Shown here in pieces: positions 34,727-44,058 of a stretch of 52,941 nucleotides of DNA (positions are counted from its first letter, which is position 1; the number at the start of each line of letters is the position of its first letter). The notes beneath the pieces were generated by a model that did no database searches, was not told the origin of the DNA, and was given only the letters and a program-made list of their open reading frames with translations. The stretch is taken from the NCBI GenBank assembly GCA_947306345.1, contig CAMZGG010000001.1, forward strand, positions 1-52,941, written 5' to 3'. This DNA is from an uncultured Bacillales bacterium (GTDB lineage Bacteria; Bacillota_I; Bacilli_A; RFN20; CAG-826). A program made the translations under genes and the position numbers.

Positions 34727-36799
34727 ATGAAAAAGAAAAGTTTATTGTTAGGCGCTTTAATGCTCATTGCAATGTGCGCTTCAGCTTGTACTCCAACTAG
34801 CTCTAATGGAAACAGCTCATCCAGTAGTGTTTCCTCACATACTTCCACAACATCAAGTACCACTAGTTCTTCAAAATCCAGTAGTAGTTCTTCTTCATCT
34901 AGCAAGTCCAGTTCTTCTACCTCTAGCAGCACTTCATCAAACAGTTCTAGTTCTTCTTTGAGTTCTAGTTCTAACTCATCAAGTTCTTCGAGCACTTCTT
35001 CAAGTGTTTCATCCTCATCTTCAAGTAGCTCATCCAGCTCTCAAAGACCACAAAATGTGCCTTTAGATATCTTTGCCTTTAACGATACACATGGTAATGT
35101 CAAAGATACCGAAGGTAAGGGTATTGGCATTGCTAAAACCACAACATTGTTAAAGGAAATCTCTTCTGCTGATAATTCCATCTTCATCTCTCAAGGTGAT
35201 ATGTGGCAAGGCTCAGTTGAAAGTAACTATACAAGAGGTAACTTAGTCACTGAATGGATGAATTCCATGAACTTTGTTTCCATGACTGTCGGTAACCACG
35301 AATTTGACTGGGGCACAGATGTCATTAAACAAAACTCAGAATTAGCTAGCTTCCCAACTTTAGGCATTAACGTTTTAAATAGAAGCAATAACCAAATCGC
35401 TGATTTCGTTTCACCTTCTACAACATTTATAAGAAGTGGTGCAAAGATCGGCGTTATCGGTGCAATTGGTGATTGTTATGGTTCTATCTCTGGCAGCAGA
35501 GTAAAAGATGTTTACTTCGCACAAGGTGATACTTTAACCAATATGGTTAAACAAGAATCTACCAGATTAAGAAATGAAGAAAAATGCGACTTCATTATCT
35601 ATTCCATCCATGGTGCTGGTGATAGAGATGAAGACGATAGATATGATATTAGCCTAAGCAGTGGCCATTACGTTGACTTAGTCTTAGAAGGCCATACCCA
35701 TGCGGATTATTGTTATCAAGATTCCTATAACATCTATCACATTCAAAGTTATGCCTATAATCAAGAATTCTATAAAATCGCTGTGAACCTCGATCTTACA
35801 AATTCATCTTTCACAGTCACTGATACTGTTAGCTATGACACCCGTTACAGTGGTCCGTATCGTGACTATGCAGAAGATGCTGCTGTTAATGCTTTGTTCA
35901 CAAAGTATTATGATAAGTATGCTTTCGCCTATGAACCAATCGGTAATGTCAGTACTAGAAAGTACCCAACAGAATTAAAGAGCAAGATTGCGGACCTCTA
36001 CTTAGAAGCTGGTTTAAAGAAGTGGAACAACCAATATGATGTTCTTCTCGGTGGTGGTTATATCTCTTGCCGTGGCAGTTATCTAGAAGCTGGTCAAGTT
36101 CTCTATACCCAACTAAACGACTTATTCCCATTTGATAACGATATCGTTTTATGTTCCATCAGTGGTTATTACTTAAAGAACACATCATTCTATACACTTG
36201 AAAATAGTAACTACTATGTCACATGGTCAAGCTATGGTAATAGTGTTAAAGATAGTATTAATGATTATTCAACATACTATGTTGTGACTGACCAATATAG
36301 CTTAGACTTCACTCAAAACCATTTAACATATGTCGATACCTATGATTTTGGTATCTACGCTAGAGACTTATTAAAAGATTACATCGCCGCTGGTAACTGG
36401 TATGATGCTCCATCTGGTCATGAAGGAACAGCTGATGATCCAAGAACAGTTGCCGAAGCCTTAGAGTATGCCTATACACATCCAGGTTCAAGTGCTTATA
36501 ATGCTGGATCTTTAGCATTGTATTACAAAGGTGTTGTTAGTAGACAAGCGGCTTATGTTTCTGGTCAAGGTGATATGAGCAAGGTCTATATTAAAGACGA
36601 AGGCACCGATAATGAAATCATGATTTATTATCTTAAGAAAACTCAGAATAACTCTGGCTCAACTTGGACAGATGTTAACGAATTACAACTTGGTGATGAA
36701 TTAATCGTCTGTGGTAAAGCGTTTTACTATAACAGCACTACACCTGAGCTTGATAATTCCACTTGGGTCTATTCCATTAACGGAGTTAGAACAGCATAA
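34727..36799 (+). CDS. Lipoprotein, 5'-nucleotidase/cyclic-phosphodiesterase-like metallophosphoesterase with Ser-rich linker
   Basis: MKKKSLLLGALMLIAMCASAC lipobox. Ser-rich tract at about 34800..35045. Motifs FNDTHGN, QGDMWQGS, GNHEFDWG, GHTH. Confidence 0.8.
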   Translation: MKKKSLLLGALMLIAMCASACTPTSSNGNSSSSSVSSHTSTTSSTTSSSKSSSSSSSSSKSSSSTSSSTSSNSSSSSLSSSSNSSSSSSTSSSVSSSSSSSSSSSQRPQNVPLDIFAFNDTHGNVKDTEGKGIGIAKTTTLLKEISSADNSIFISQGDMWQGSVESNYTRGNLVTEWMNSMNFVSMTVGNHEFDWGTDVIKQNSELASFPTLGINVLNRSNNQIADFVSPSTTFIRSGAKIGVIGAIGDCYGSISGSRVKDVYFAQGDTLTNMVKQESTRLRNEEKCDFIIYSIHGAGDRDEDDRYDISLSSGHYVDLVLEGHTHADYCYQDSYNIYHIQSYAYNQEFYKIAVNLDLTNSSFTVTDTVSYDTRYSGPYRDYAEDAAVNALFTKYYDKYAFAYEPIGNVSTRKYPTELKSKIADLYLEAGLKKWNNQYDVLLGGGYISCRGSYLEAGQVLYTQLNDLFPFDNDIVLCSISGYYLKNTSFYTLENSNYYVTWSSYGNSVKDSINDYSTYYVVTDQYSLDFTQNHLTYVDTYDFGIYARDLLKDYIAAGNWYDAPSGHEGTADDPRTVAEALEYAYTHPGSSAYNAGSLALYYKGVVSRQAAYVSGQGDMSKVYIKDEGTDNEIMIYYLKKTQNNSGSTWTDVNELQLGDELIVCGKAFYYNSTTPELDNSTWVYSINGVRTA

Positions 36800-36827
36800 A
36801 AATAGGGGAATCTAATTCCCCTTTTTA
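36796..36827. terminator. Bidirectional terminator overlapping the 3' end of the SDR gene
   Basis: AGGGGAAT (36804..36811) pairs with ATTCCCCT (36815..36822), flanked by an A-run and a T-run. Confidence 0.75.
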
Positions 36828-37687
36828 ATTGTCTCTTCGACAAGATTGTATAAATAAGGCCTATTTCTCTTTTTAGGAAATGGCTTGATTTTTGGATAGC
36901 CTCTCCATGTAAAAGGACTATGCGGCACGATATAACATGGATGAATGTTTTCTTGTAAAGCAAGCAAAGCGGTTAAGCTGGCTTTTCTAACGGAGTGAGA
37001 TGCAGCCTTGAGGAATAAACTTCCTAACTGCTTTATTGGAAACGGGAAGTCTCTTAAGATATCTGTGCTTGTTAAACCTGGTTCCACTAAATAGAAAGAT
37101 AAGTTTTCTAAATCTAATGAGCGGTAGTGGTTGTAGATTTCTTCAACACCCGCTTTTGACATACAGTATTGTTGGAAACTGCTTGCTTTATATTTATATA
37201 AATCATAAGGCTTCTTGAAGTAATAGCCTGCCGCTAAAGAACCTTGGAAGATAATGCGATGTTTATTATTTAATTTAGGAATTAATATATCAAGAAAATA
37301 AGCAAGTCCAACAAAGTTGGTCTTGATAGTTAAAGACATATCATCATCAACTTTTTGTGTTTTATATGTTGTAAAGCATCCAGCATTTAGTATCAAAGCA
37401 TAGAAGTCATTATGCTCTTTTAAAATCACGTCAATAGCGGTTTCAATACTCTTAAAATCACTTTGGTCATAACTAATAAAATCTAGGTGACAATCAGGAT
37501 ACTTTTCTAGCATCCTATATTTAACCTCTTTTGACTTATCAGGGTTTCTCGCTAAAACGACGACATCAGCTCCCTTGTATAGGAGTTGATCAACGATACT
37601 TAAACCGATACCAGAAGTACCACCTGTGATTAAAACTTTCTTGCCTGATAAACTCTCTAGATTATTGAGATATTTTTGTAATGACAT
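36812..37687 (-). CDS. Short-chain dehydrogenase/reductase (SDR)
   Basis: Cofactor motif ITGGTSGIG and a catalytic YxxxK (YCMSK). Confidence 0.85.
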   Translation of the reverse strand: MSLQKYLNNLESLSGKKVLITGGTSGIGLSIVDQLLYKGADVVVLARNPDKSKEVKYRMLEKYPDCHLDFISYDQSDFKSIETAIDVILKEHNDFYALILNAGCFTTYKTQKVDDDMSLTIKTNFVGLAYFLDILIPKLNNKHRIIFQGSLAAGYYFKKPYDLYKYKASSFQQYCMSKAGVEEIYNHYRSLDLENLSFYLVEPGLTSTDILRDFPFPIKQLGSLFLKAASHSVRKASLTALLALQENIHPCYIVPHSPFTWRGYPKIKPFPKKRNRPYLYNLVEETIKKGN

Positions 37688-37809
37688 ACTCTTAATATTT
37701 TAGAGCATTGTTTTATAAATTAAATGATTTTCATTTATTTTAAGGTTCAATGTGCTATAATAGTCCCCCGGTGCAAGACATTACTCCGGAGAAAAAGGGA
37801 CTCTATTAA

Positions 37810-39768
37810 ATGAATAAAAAGAAGTTATTTGTATTTGGTATCGCTCTATTAGCGGTTACCGCGATTAGTGGCTGTCAATCGTGGTCTTTTACCTTTGGTG
37901 GTGATGGAAATACCAATCGTACAAGCACATCAAGTGATTCTATAGAATCGTCCACAAAGGATGAACCAAGCGACGATACATCCACAAATACTTCTTCTAG
38001 TAATGATTCCTCTACAAGTTCTTCTTCTAGTTCCTCTAGTTCATCAAGCAGTTCTAGCTCATCTAGTAGCTCATCAAGCTCAAGCTCTAGCAGTAGCTCC
38101 AGTAGCAGTTCATCTTCTAGCAGTTCAAGTTCAAGTAGTAGCTCTTCCTCTAGTAGTTCTAGTTCGAGCTCAAGTAGCTCCAGCTCTTCGAGTTCCAGTA
38201 GCTCATCCAGTTCTTCTAGTAGCAGTTCATCCTCCTCTAGCAGTTCTTCATCAAGCTCATCATCTAGTTCTAAACCAAGCACTACATCAAGCTCTTCATC
38301 CTCTTCATCATCATCCTCTTCTACTCCAGAACCAGGTACATTAGAGGTGAAGAAGGCTTCATATACATATAAAGACTATACGAAGTATGCCGGTGGCATT
38401 TCATCTGCGCCATGTGTGGGTGCAGCCAATATCTTAGTCATTCCAGTATGGTTTACTGATTCCGGCAATTACATCTCCACAGGTAAGAAAGATGCTATCA
38501 AAGCGGATATTGAAACAGCTTATTTTGGCACCAACGAAGAAACAGGTTGGAGAAGTGTTAAAACTTTCTATGAAGAAGAAAGTCATGGTGCTTTAACATT
38601 AACCGGTACAGTATCAGACTGGTATAGCGCTGATAATAACTCTAGTTACTATGGTCAGGATGATGGTTATGTTACTAGAACAACAACCTTGGTTAGAAAC
38701 GCTACCGACTGGTATTTCAATACTTATAACACAAGCGATAAAAGAAAGAATTACGATAAAGATGGTGATGGTTTTATCGATAGTGTCATGCTTATCTATG
38801 CCGCACCTGATCACCAAGCATTAGGAAATAGAAATCTAGACAACTTATGGGCCTATTGCTATTGGCTTGGTGGCACATCTAGCACCAGAAATCCAAATCC
38901 AAACGTTTTCTTCTGGGCTAGTTATGACTTCATGTACAGTTCCAACAAGGCGACCGAGCGCACAGGCAAGACCAACTATGCTAATGGCGATACAACACAT
39001 TGCAATATTGATGCACATACATATACTCATGAAATGGGTCACGTCTTTGGTTTAGAAGACTATTATGACTATTCTGGCAAATATAGTCCTGCCGCTGGTT
39101 TCTCCATGCAAGACAATAACGTCGGGGGTCATGATCCATTTAGTTCATATGCTTTAGGTTGGGGTAGTGCGTATATTCCTACAGAAACAACTACAATTGA
39201 CTTAAAGCCATTCGCTGAAACTGGTGAAATGATTCTTCTTTCACCAAATCCAAATGCTTACAATTCACCATTTGATGAATATCTTCTTTTAGAATATTAC
39301 ACACCAACTGGCTTAAATAAGATGGACTGTGATTATCAATATGGTGGTCGTTATCCACAAGGACCAAAAGAACGTGGAATTAGATTATGGCACGTGGATG
39401 CGCGTTTAGCAGTTAACAAGCAAATCATCTCTAATCCACCAGATGGTTCAAATTACAACATCCAAATGGCTATGTCCAATACATATTATAGTGACGATGT
39501 TTCTTCTGGATACTTGTCTCCATTAGGAAATGGTAACTATGATTACAACATTTTACAGTTGATTAGAAACGATCGTTATACAGATTACAAACCGAATACA
39601 GATTTAACCTCTTCTAACTTGTATAAATCTGGTTCTTTCAACCTTGATAAAGTTAAAAAACAATTTGTCGAGCCAGGTAAATTTAACAACGGTAATGATA
39701 TCGGTTTCACATTTACTATCAACGCTTTAGACGAATATCGCGCTTCAATTACAGTTACTAAATTATAA
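37810..39768 (+). CDS. Lipoprotein, M6 (immune-inhibitor-A-like) zinc metalloprotease with giant poly-Ser linker
   Basis: Lipobox ISGCQ. HEMGHVFGLEDYYD (HEMGH at 39028..39042). An extended -10 (TGCTATAAT) lies upstream. Confidence 0.8.
   Translation: MNKKKLFVFGIALLAVTAISGCQSWSFTFGGDGNTNRTSTSSDSIESSTKDEPSDDTSTNTSSSNDSSTSSSSSSSSSSSSSSSSSSSSSSSSSSSSSSSSSSSSSSSSSSSSSSSSSSSSSSSSSSSSSSSSSSSSSSSSSSSSSSSSSSSSSKPSTTSSSSSSSSSSSSTPEPGTLEVKKASYTYKDYTKYAGGISSAPCVGAANILVIPVWFTDSGNYISTGKKDAIKADIETAYFGTNEETGWRSVKTFYEEESHGALTLTGTVSDWYSADNNSSYYGQDDGYVTRTTTLVRNATDWYFNTYNTSDKRKNYDKDGDGFIDSVMLIYAAPDHQALGNRNLDNLWAYCYWLGGTSSTRNPNPNVFFWASYDFMYSSNKATERTGKTNYANGDTTHCNIDAHTYTHEMGHVFGLEDYYDYSGKYSPAAGFSMQDNNVGGHDPFSSYALGWGSAYIPTETTTIDLKPFAETGEMILLSPNPNAYNSPFDEYLLLEYYTPTGLNKMDCDYQYGGRYPQGPKERGIRLWHVDARLAVNKQIISNPPDGSNYNIQMAMSNTYYSDDVSSGYLSPLGNGNYDYNILQLIRNDRYTDYKPNTDLTSSNLYKSGSFNLDKVKKQFVEPGKFNNGNDIGFTFTINALDEYRASITVTKL
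38017..38271 (+). repeat. 85 consecutive Ser codons (protein-level homopolymer, codon-scrambled)
   Basis: Codons 70-154 of the M6 lipoprotein are all Ser. All six Ser codons (AGC, AGT, TCA, TCT, TCC, TCG) are mixed without a strict DNA period. Confidence 0.95.
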
Positions 39769-39825
39769 TTTACTTGATAAGTGGCAATAAAATTGCTAAT
39801 GTATTTAATGCTGTTTAACAGCGCT

Positions 39826-39901
39826 GGGTCCGTAGCTCACCTGGGAGAGCGCCTGATTTGCATTCAGGAGGTAGCGAGTTCGATTCTCGTCGGATCCACC
39901 A
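39826..39901 (+). tRNA. tRNA-Ala (anticodon UGC)
   Basis: Acceptor GGGTCCG/CGGATCC with the G3:U70 identity pair, anticodon arm CCTGA-TTTGCAT-TCAGG, encoded CCA. Confidence 0.9.
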
Positions 39902-39952
39902 ATTTGTTTATAATCACTATGTGATTAAATATATACATAGGGGGTAAAACTC

Positions 39953-40204
39953 ATGTTACAATACCGTTATGACACTCAATTATTAATTGAAGGTAAAGGC
40001 CTTGATGAAGATGAAATCACTGATTGGATTTTAGAAAACATGAAAGGCGATTCCCTTATCTGTGTTGGCGATGATGAAATGATTAAGATTCATTTCCACA
40101 CAAACGAACCATGGGATTTACTCTCACATTGTGCCACTCTCGGCGAAATCTTCGATATCGTCGTTGAGGACATGGATCGTCAATCAAGGGGTTTAAAGGG
40201 CTAA
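39953..40204 (+). pseudogene. Stand-alone C-terminal fragment of a YloV/DAK2-fusion-type protein (83 aa)
   Basis: KGDSLICVGDDEMIKIHFHTNEPWDLL...IVVEDMDRQ matches the extreme C-terminus of the ~550-aa YloV proteins as I recall them. No N-terminal part lies upstream (tRNA-Ala is there). It has its own GGGGGT RBS, so it could be expressed. Confidence 0.5.
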
Positions 40205-40228
40205 TCCCCAATAAACTTCGACGCACAT

Positions 40229-40305
40229 GGACCATTAACTCAATCGGTTAGAGTGGACGGCCCATAACCGTTATGTTCCGGGTTCAAGTCCTGGATGGTC
40301 CACCA
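40229..40305 (+). tRNA. tRNA with CAU anticodon, probably tRNA-Ile2 (lysidine-modified)
   Basis: Acceptor GGACCAT/ATGGTCC, anticodon arm GACGG-CCCATAA-CCGTT, T arm CCGGG-TTCAAGT-CCTGG, encoded CCA. The GGACC start and GACGGC..CATAACCGT stem resemble Bacillus tRNA-Ile(CAU). Confidence 0.8.
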
Positions 40306-40308
40306 TAT

Positions 40309-40399
40309 GGAGAATTACCCAAGCGGTTGAAGGGGTCGGTCTTGAAAACCGATAGAGGATGCAAGTCCTGCTAGGGTTCGAATCCCTAATTCTCCGCCA
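40309..40399 (+). tRNA. tRNA-Ser (anticodon UGA)
   Basis: Acceptor GGAGAAT/ATTCTCC, anticodon arm TCGGT-CTTGAAA-ACCGA, long variable arm, T arm TAGGG-TTCGAAT-CCCTA, encoded CCA. Confidence 0.9.
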
Positions 40400-40402
40400 C
40401 GT

Positions 40403-40445
40403 AAAAAAATACGGCATTGAATACTCAGTGCCGTTTTTATTTTTC
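40403..40445. terminator. Bidirectional terminator after the tRNA cluster
   Basis: ACGGCA (40411..40416) pairs with TGCCGT (40429..40434), flanked by an A7 run and a T-run. Confidence 0.75.
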
Positions 40446-40449
40446 TAAA

Positions 40450-41397
40450 TTACTGAACTGTGAATATGACAGCCTCAGAATATCCTAACATCGTGAATAT
40501 TAACTCAGTGGTGCCAGTTTTACTAAAAGTAATCGCGTAAGTTGTGTAAACGGAATTACCACCGCGTTCAATAGCCTCTAACTGACTATAAAAATCTGCT
40601 TTATAAGATAGAGTGTAGAAATTCGCATCACGGTATTCATCGAATCTCTCATTAAAGTCTCCAACGAGGTCGGCATAGACCATAAGATTGTATGAAGTAT
40701 CTCTAGATACTGTGAAAGCCCATTTGCCGTTGACACGTGTTCTTGTTTTTTGGGTCGCAGAGTCTGTCATATCTGGTTCGATGTTATAGACTTTTAAATC
40801 ATAGTTTGCCCATTCAAGAGACATTTCTTGATTATAGTTATTTAAGAAACGGCCATACTTCAAAGGATAAATGGAAACATTTTTCTTTTTATTATATTGT
40901 TCAACAATTAATTCTTTTTCTTCGTTAACTTTGAGCTCGTAAGAATCAAACGATGCTTCACTATAATTCTCATTAGCTTCGTAAATAACATTTTTCTTTT
41001 TAAGACTATAAATAACGACACGTTTTTTAATACCACTAGAACCACTCTGTTGTAGATTGACACAGACATCAAGTGAACTGTCACAGTCAATGTCACTGAC
41101 AAAAGCGTTAATTAGTGCAAATTTATTGAGATTCATTTCATAATCATCAAACTTTAAATAACGGTCGTTATTCTCGCGATCGATTTTATAGATGAGTTTG
41201 TGATCTTTTAATTGTTCTACTGTGATTTCAATTTCTTCGTTTTCATGTGAAGCAGGAGTCTTTTGTTCGAATGTATAAATCAACTCTCCTTTTGCATATT
41301 TGCCATCAAATCCAGTAGACGAAGTATTTGATGATGGATTACTTGCACATGCTGTTAAAAGCAAGGCAGCGAGTGATAAAAAATATGATTTCTTCAT
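40450..41397 (-). CDS. Hypothetical lipoprotein (315 aa)
   Basis: Signal peptide with lipobox LLTACA. No recognisable catalytic motif. Confidence 0.7.
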   Translation of the reverse strand: MKKSYFLSLAALLLTACASNPSSNTSSTGFDGKYAKGELIYTFEQKTPASHENEEIEITVEQLKDHKLIYKIDRENNDRYLKFDDYEMNLNKFALINAFVSDIDCDSSLDVCVNLQQSGSSGIKKRVVIYSLKKKNVIYEANENYSEASFDSYELKVNEEKELIVEQYNKKKNVSIYPLKYGRFLNNYNQEMSLEWANYDLKVYNIEPDMTDSATQKTRTRVNGKWAFTVSRDTSYNLMVYADLVGDFNERFDEYRDANFYTLSYKADFYSQLEAIERGGNSVYTTYAITFSKTGTTELIFTMLGYSEAVIFTVQ

Positions 41398-41514
41398 ACT
41401 TTAATTATATCCCATATATATAGTTTTGATAAGTCAATAATATTGCCCACTCGTGAGATATGTTCGCTTGTTTTTCTTTTCTTTAGAAAATAAAGTGCTA
41501 TGATAATGGCTATT

Positions 41515-42039
41515 ATGAAAGTCAAATTAATCAAACTCACAAAAGAATACGAGAAACAACTAGGGGAAATGATTGATGAATGGAAACTAGACCAAGAAGT
41601 CAATCATACTGATACATCTCCTTATGTTATTTTTAAGAATGACTATCATAACTTTGACTATTATTTAGATAACTTAGAAACTAAAGAACCAACAAATGGT
41701 TTTGTTCCTGATTCAGTGTTCTTCCTTTTAGATGAAGAAAGAAATAGATTATTAGGCGCTGTTAATATTCGTCATTACTTAAACGAACACTTACTTAACT
41801 ATGGCGGTCATATTGGGGATGGAGTTAGACCTAGCGAAAGAAGAAAAGGCTACGCCACCGAAATGATCAGATTAGCGCTAATCGAATGCAAGAAACTAGG
41901 CATTGATAGAGCTTTAATATGTTGCAACTCTGATAACATTGGTTCAAAGAAATCCATCCTCAATAATGGTGGTGTCTTAGAAAACATCGTCATGGAAGAT
42001 GGTAAACCATTAGAAAGATATTGGATTGATATAAAGTAA
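41515..42039 (+). CDS. GNAT-family acetyltransferase
   Basis: Motif A region VRPSERRKGYATEMIRLAL. An extended -10 (TGCTATGAT, 41496..41504) contains the ORF-track ATG at 41500, so the ATG at 41515 is favoured. Confidence 0.7.
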   Translation: MKVKLIKLTKEYEKQLGEMIDEWKLDQEVNHTDTSPYVIFKNDYHNFDYYLDNLETKEPTNGFVPDSVFFLLDEERNRLLGAVNIRHYLNEHLLNYGGHIGDGVRPSERRKGYATEMIRLALIECKKLGIDRALICCNSDNIGSKKSILNNGGVLENIVMEDGKPLERYWIDIK

Positions 42040-42040
42040 T

Positions 42041-42661
42041 ATGACTTGGCAAATATTATTAGCAATCTTCTTTTTAGGCTTAGGTTTAGCAATGGATGCT
42101 TTTTCTGTGGCCTTAACTGATGGCTTAACATATACCGATATTAATAAAAAGAAATCATTCTTTATCGCCGGAACCTTTGGTTTCATGCAAGCTTTAATGC
42201 CTTTAATCGGCTTCTGGCTTGTTGAAATCATTGAAAGAATAGCAGGAGACCTTGTGGGTGAACAAGCGGGCCAAATCGCCTCAATCGTCGTGAAATGGGT
42301 CGCCTTTGGCTTATTACTCCTCATTGGTATTAAAATGCTCGTCGAATCCATTATTGAATTAAGAAAACAACCAGAAGAAAAAACTTCTAAGAAGTTCTCC
42401 TTTAAAGAAGTCATCTTCTATGGCTTTGTGACAGCGATAGACGCTTTAGCCGCTGGTGTGACATTACACGCAGGATTATCAAATGTCACGACAGTCTGGT
42501 TGCATGTCTCTATTATCCTAATAGTGACATTTATTATGTCTTTAATCGGTTTGTTCTTAGGCAAACAAATCTTAAAATTATTAAAAGGCCGATACGAAAT
42601 ATCGGGCATTATTGGTGGTGTAATTTTGATTATTCTTGCGGTTGTGGTGGTTCTCTTCTAA
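42041..42661 (+). CDS. mntP: Manganese efflux pump MntP
   Basis: Characteristic N-terminus LGLGLAMDAFSVALTDG, an internal repeat (AIDALAAGVTL) and six TM segments. Confidence 0.85.
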   Translation: MTWQILLAIFFLGLGLAMDAFSVALTDGLTYTDINKKKSFFIAGTFGFMQALMPLIGFWLVEIIERIAGDLVGEQAGQIASIVVKWVAFGLLLLIGIKMLVESIIELRKQPEEKTSKKFSFKEVIFYGFVTAIDALAAGVTLHAGLSNVTTVWLHVSIILIVTFIMSLIGLFLGKQILKLLKGRYEISGIIGGVILIILAVVVVLF

Positions 42662-44051
42662 TAGAATCATCTAGCTTCTTTAAATCTTTAGGAAGAGTAA
42701 CTGCGATTGCTATGACGTTACATGTCGTAGCGATAACCCAAGTAATTGGGAATAAAGCATAGAGCCAGAAGACTGTATGGAACATTTCAACGTTGTTGAA
42801 AACTGTTAAAATCAAAAGAATTCTTAAGCCAGTACAGCACACTAAGGTAGTGACCATTGGGAACGTGGATCTTTTCATACCACGTAATACCGCGGCGGTA
42901 AAAGCCATTGTAAAGTCAAAGAAATATAAATAGCCCATCAAGCTAAGTCTCGTATAACCAGCGTCAATAGATTCTTGATTATCAACGAACAACGATAGAA
43001 GTGGCTTATGCAATAACAAGGTCACAATAGCGATAATCAAACAAAATATTGCGCCCCAAGTTAAACCAAAGAGAATGCTCTTCTTGATATTCTCTTTTTT
43101 CTTTGCCCCGATATTCGCCGCGATATAAGTCATCGTTGAGACCGCAATCGCGTCACAAACCGCAAAGAAGTAGCCTTCAATATTACCAGAAGCAGTTGCC
43201 CCGTTTTCTAAATTAACGTTACCTGGGTCAATCGTATATAACGATGATTGAATAAAGACGTTTGGTAAAGAGAAGAAGAAACCTTGTAGACCCGCTGGTA
43301 AACCAATCTTAAGTACTTCTAGAAGTACTGGTCCATCAATTCTAAACTGTTTGATCTTCAAACTAACATAGTTACGTTTGCCTTTGATTAAAACAAAGAC
43401 ACAAATAATCGCAGAAACTGCTTCCGCAATAATAGTGGCTAAAGCGACACCTGCAACACCCATATGCATTGGGAAAACAAACAAGCAGTCAAAACCAACA
43501 TTAATAATTCCCGCTATTAATAACGCTAAGAATGGTGAGAGTGAATCACCTTGCGCTCTTAATAATTGAGCAGCATAGTTATAAACCATTAAGAATGGTA
43601 GACCACAGAAATATATCTTTAAATATAACGCCGCTTTAGCAAAATAGTGGGCTTCTGTACCCATTAATTCTAGTAAGTTATCACTAATAAAGAAGCCTAA
43701 AACACCGACAAAAAAACCGGATATTAAAGCAAAAACAAGCGAGGTGTGTAGTACTTTGCTCGCTTTTTCTTGATTGCCAGCGCCCTTAGCTTCAGATAAA
43801 ACAACGTTCGCACCAAGAGAGACACCAGTGAACACCACAATAATTAAATTGATAAGCGCGGTGTTAGAAGCAATTGCACCCATCGATTCAGCGGAATCAC
43901 CATAATGGACAGTGGTTAAGTCAATCGTGGTGTACAACAACTGCATCATCGTTGTGAGCATCGCTGGTATAGCAAAAAGGATTATCTTGAGAAAGATATT
44001 TCCAGTTGTCATATCGCGTGGCTTAAAGATGTGAGCAATTCTTTTTATCAT
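42630..44051 (-). CDS. MATE-family efflux transporter
   Basis: Twelve-TM MATE pattern (TTGNIFLKIILFAIPAMLTTMMQLLYTTIDL). I set the start at MIKRIAH (44051). The longer ORF would run through the upstream terminator and the neighbouring gene end. Confidence 0.85.
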   Translation of the reverse strand: MIKRIAHIFKPRDMTTGNIFLKIILFAIPAMLTTMMQLLYTTIDLTTVHYGDSAESMGAIASNTALINLIIVVFTGVSLGANVVLSEAKGAGNQEKASKVLHTSLVFALISGFFVGVLGFFISDNLLELMGTEAHYFAKAALYLKIYFCGLPFLMVYNYAAQLLRAQGDSLSPFLALLIAGIINVGFDCLFVFPMHMGVAGVALATIIAEAVSAIICVFVLIKGKRNYVSLKIKQFRIDGPVLLEVLKIGLPAGLQGFFFSLPNVFIQSSLYTIDPGNVNLENGATASGNIEGYFFAVCDAIAVSTMTYIAANIGAKKKENIKKSILFGLTWGAIFCLIIAIVTLLLHKPLLSLFVDNQESIDAGYTRLSLMGYLYFFDFTMAFTAAVLRGMKRSTFPMVTTLVCCTGLRILLILTVFNNVEMFHTVFWLYALFPITWVIATTCNVIAIAVTLPKDLKKLDDSIRREPPQPQE

Positions 44052-44058
44052 GGCAAAA

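Noticed and set aside
34657-34995. ORFs 34657..34995 (-) and 34767..34961 (+) overlapping the 5' end of the nucleotidase-like gene
   Set aside because: This is the same artefact: antisense and alternative-frame readings of a Ser-rich linker. The Glu/Leu-repeat translation is a mirror of AGC/TCT-type codons.
37762-37806. Hairpin AGTCCC-CCGG...CCGG-GGGACT that would sequester the SD of the M6 protease gene
   Set aside because: The predicted TSS from the TGCTATAAT -10 (37753..37761) falls inside the 5' arm, so the full stem is probably not transcribed.
37980-38330. Checked whether periodic low-complexity DNA here or elsewhere could be a CRISPR array or tandem DNA repeat
   Set aside because: There is no repeat-spacer periodicity. 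The tract is in-frame coding poly-Ser with scrambled codons. No CRISPR-like repeats were seen anywhere in the window.
37875-38344. ORFs 37875..38282 (-) and 37961..38344 (+), with Leu/Glu-rich or His/Leu/Val-rich translations
   Set aside because: They are alternative-frame and antisense readings of the poly-Ser coding tract of the M6 lipoprotein. They have low-complexity translations, no RBS, and lie fully nested in a well-supported CDS.
42039-42041. Expected a yybP-ykoY manganese riboswitch upstream of mntP
   Set aside because: Only 1 nt separates mntP from the upstream GNAT gene, so there is no room for a riboswitch. No such element is reported.
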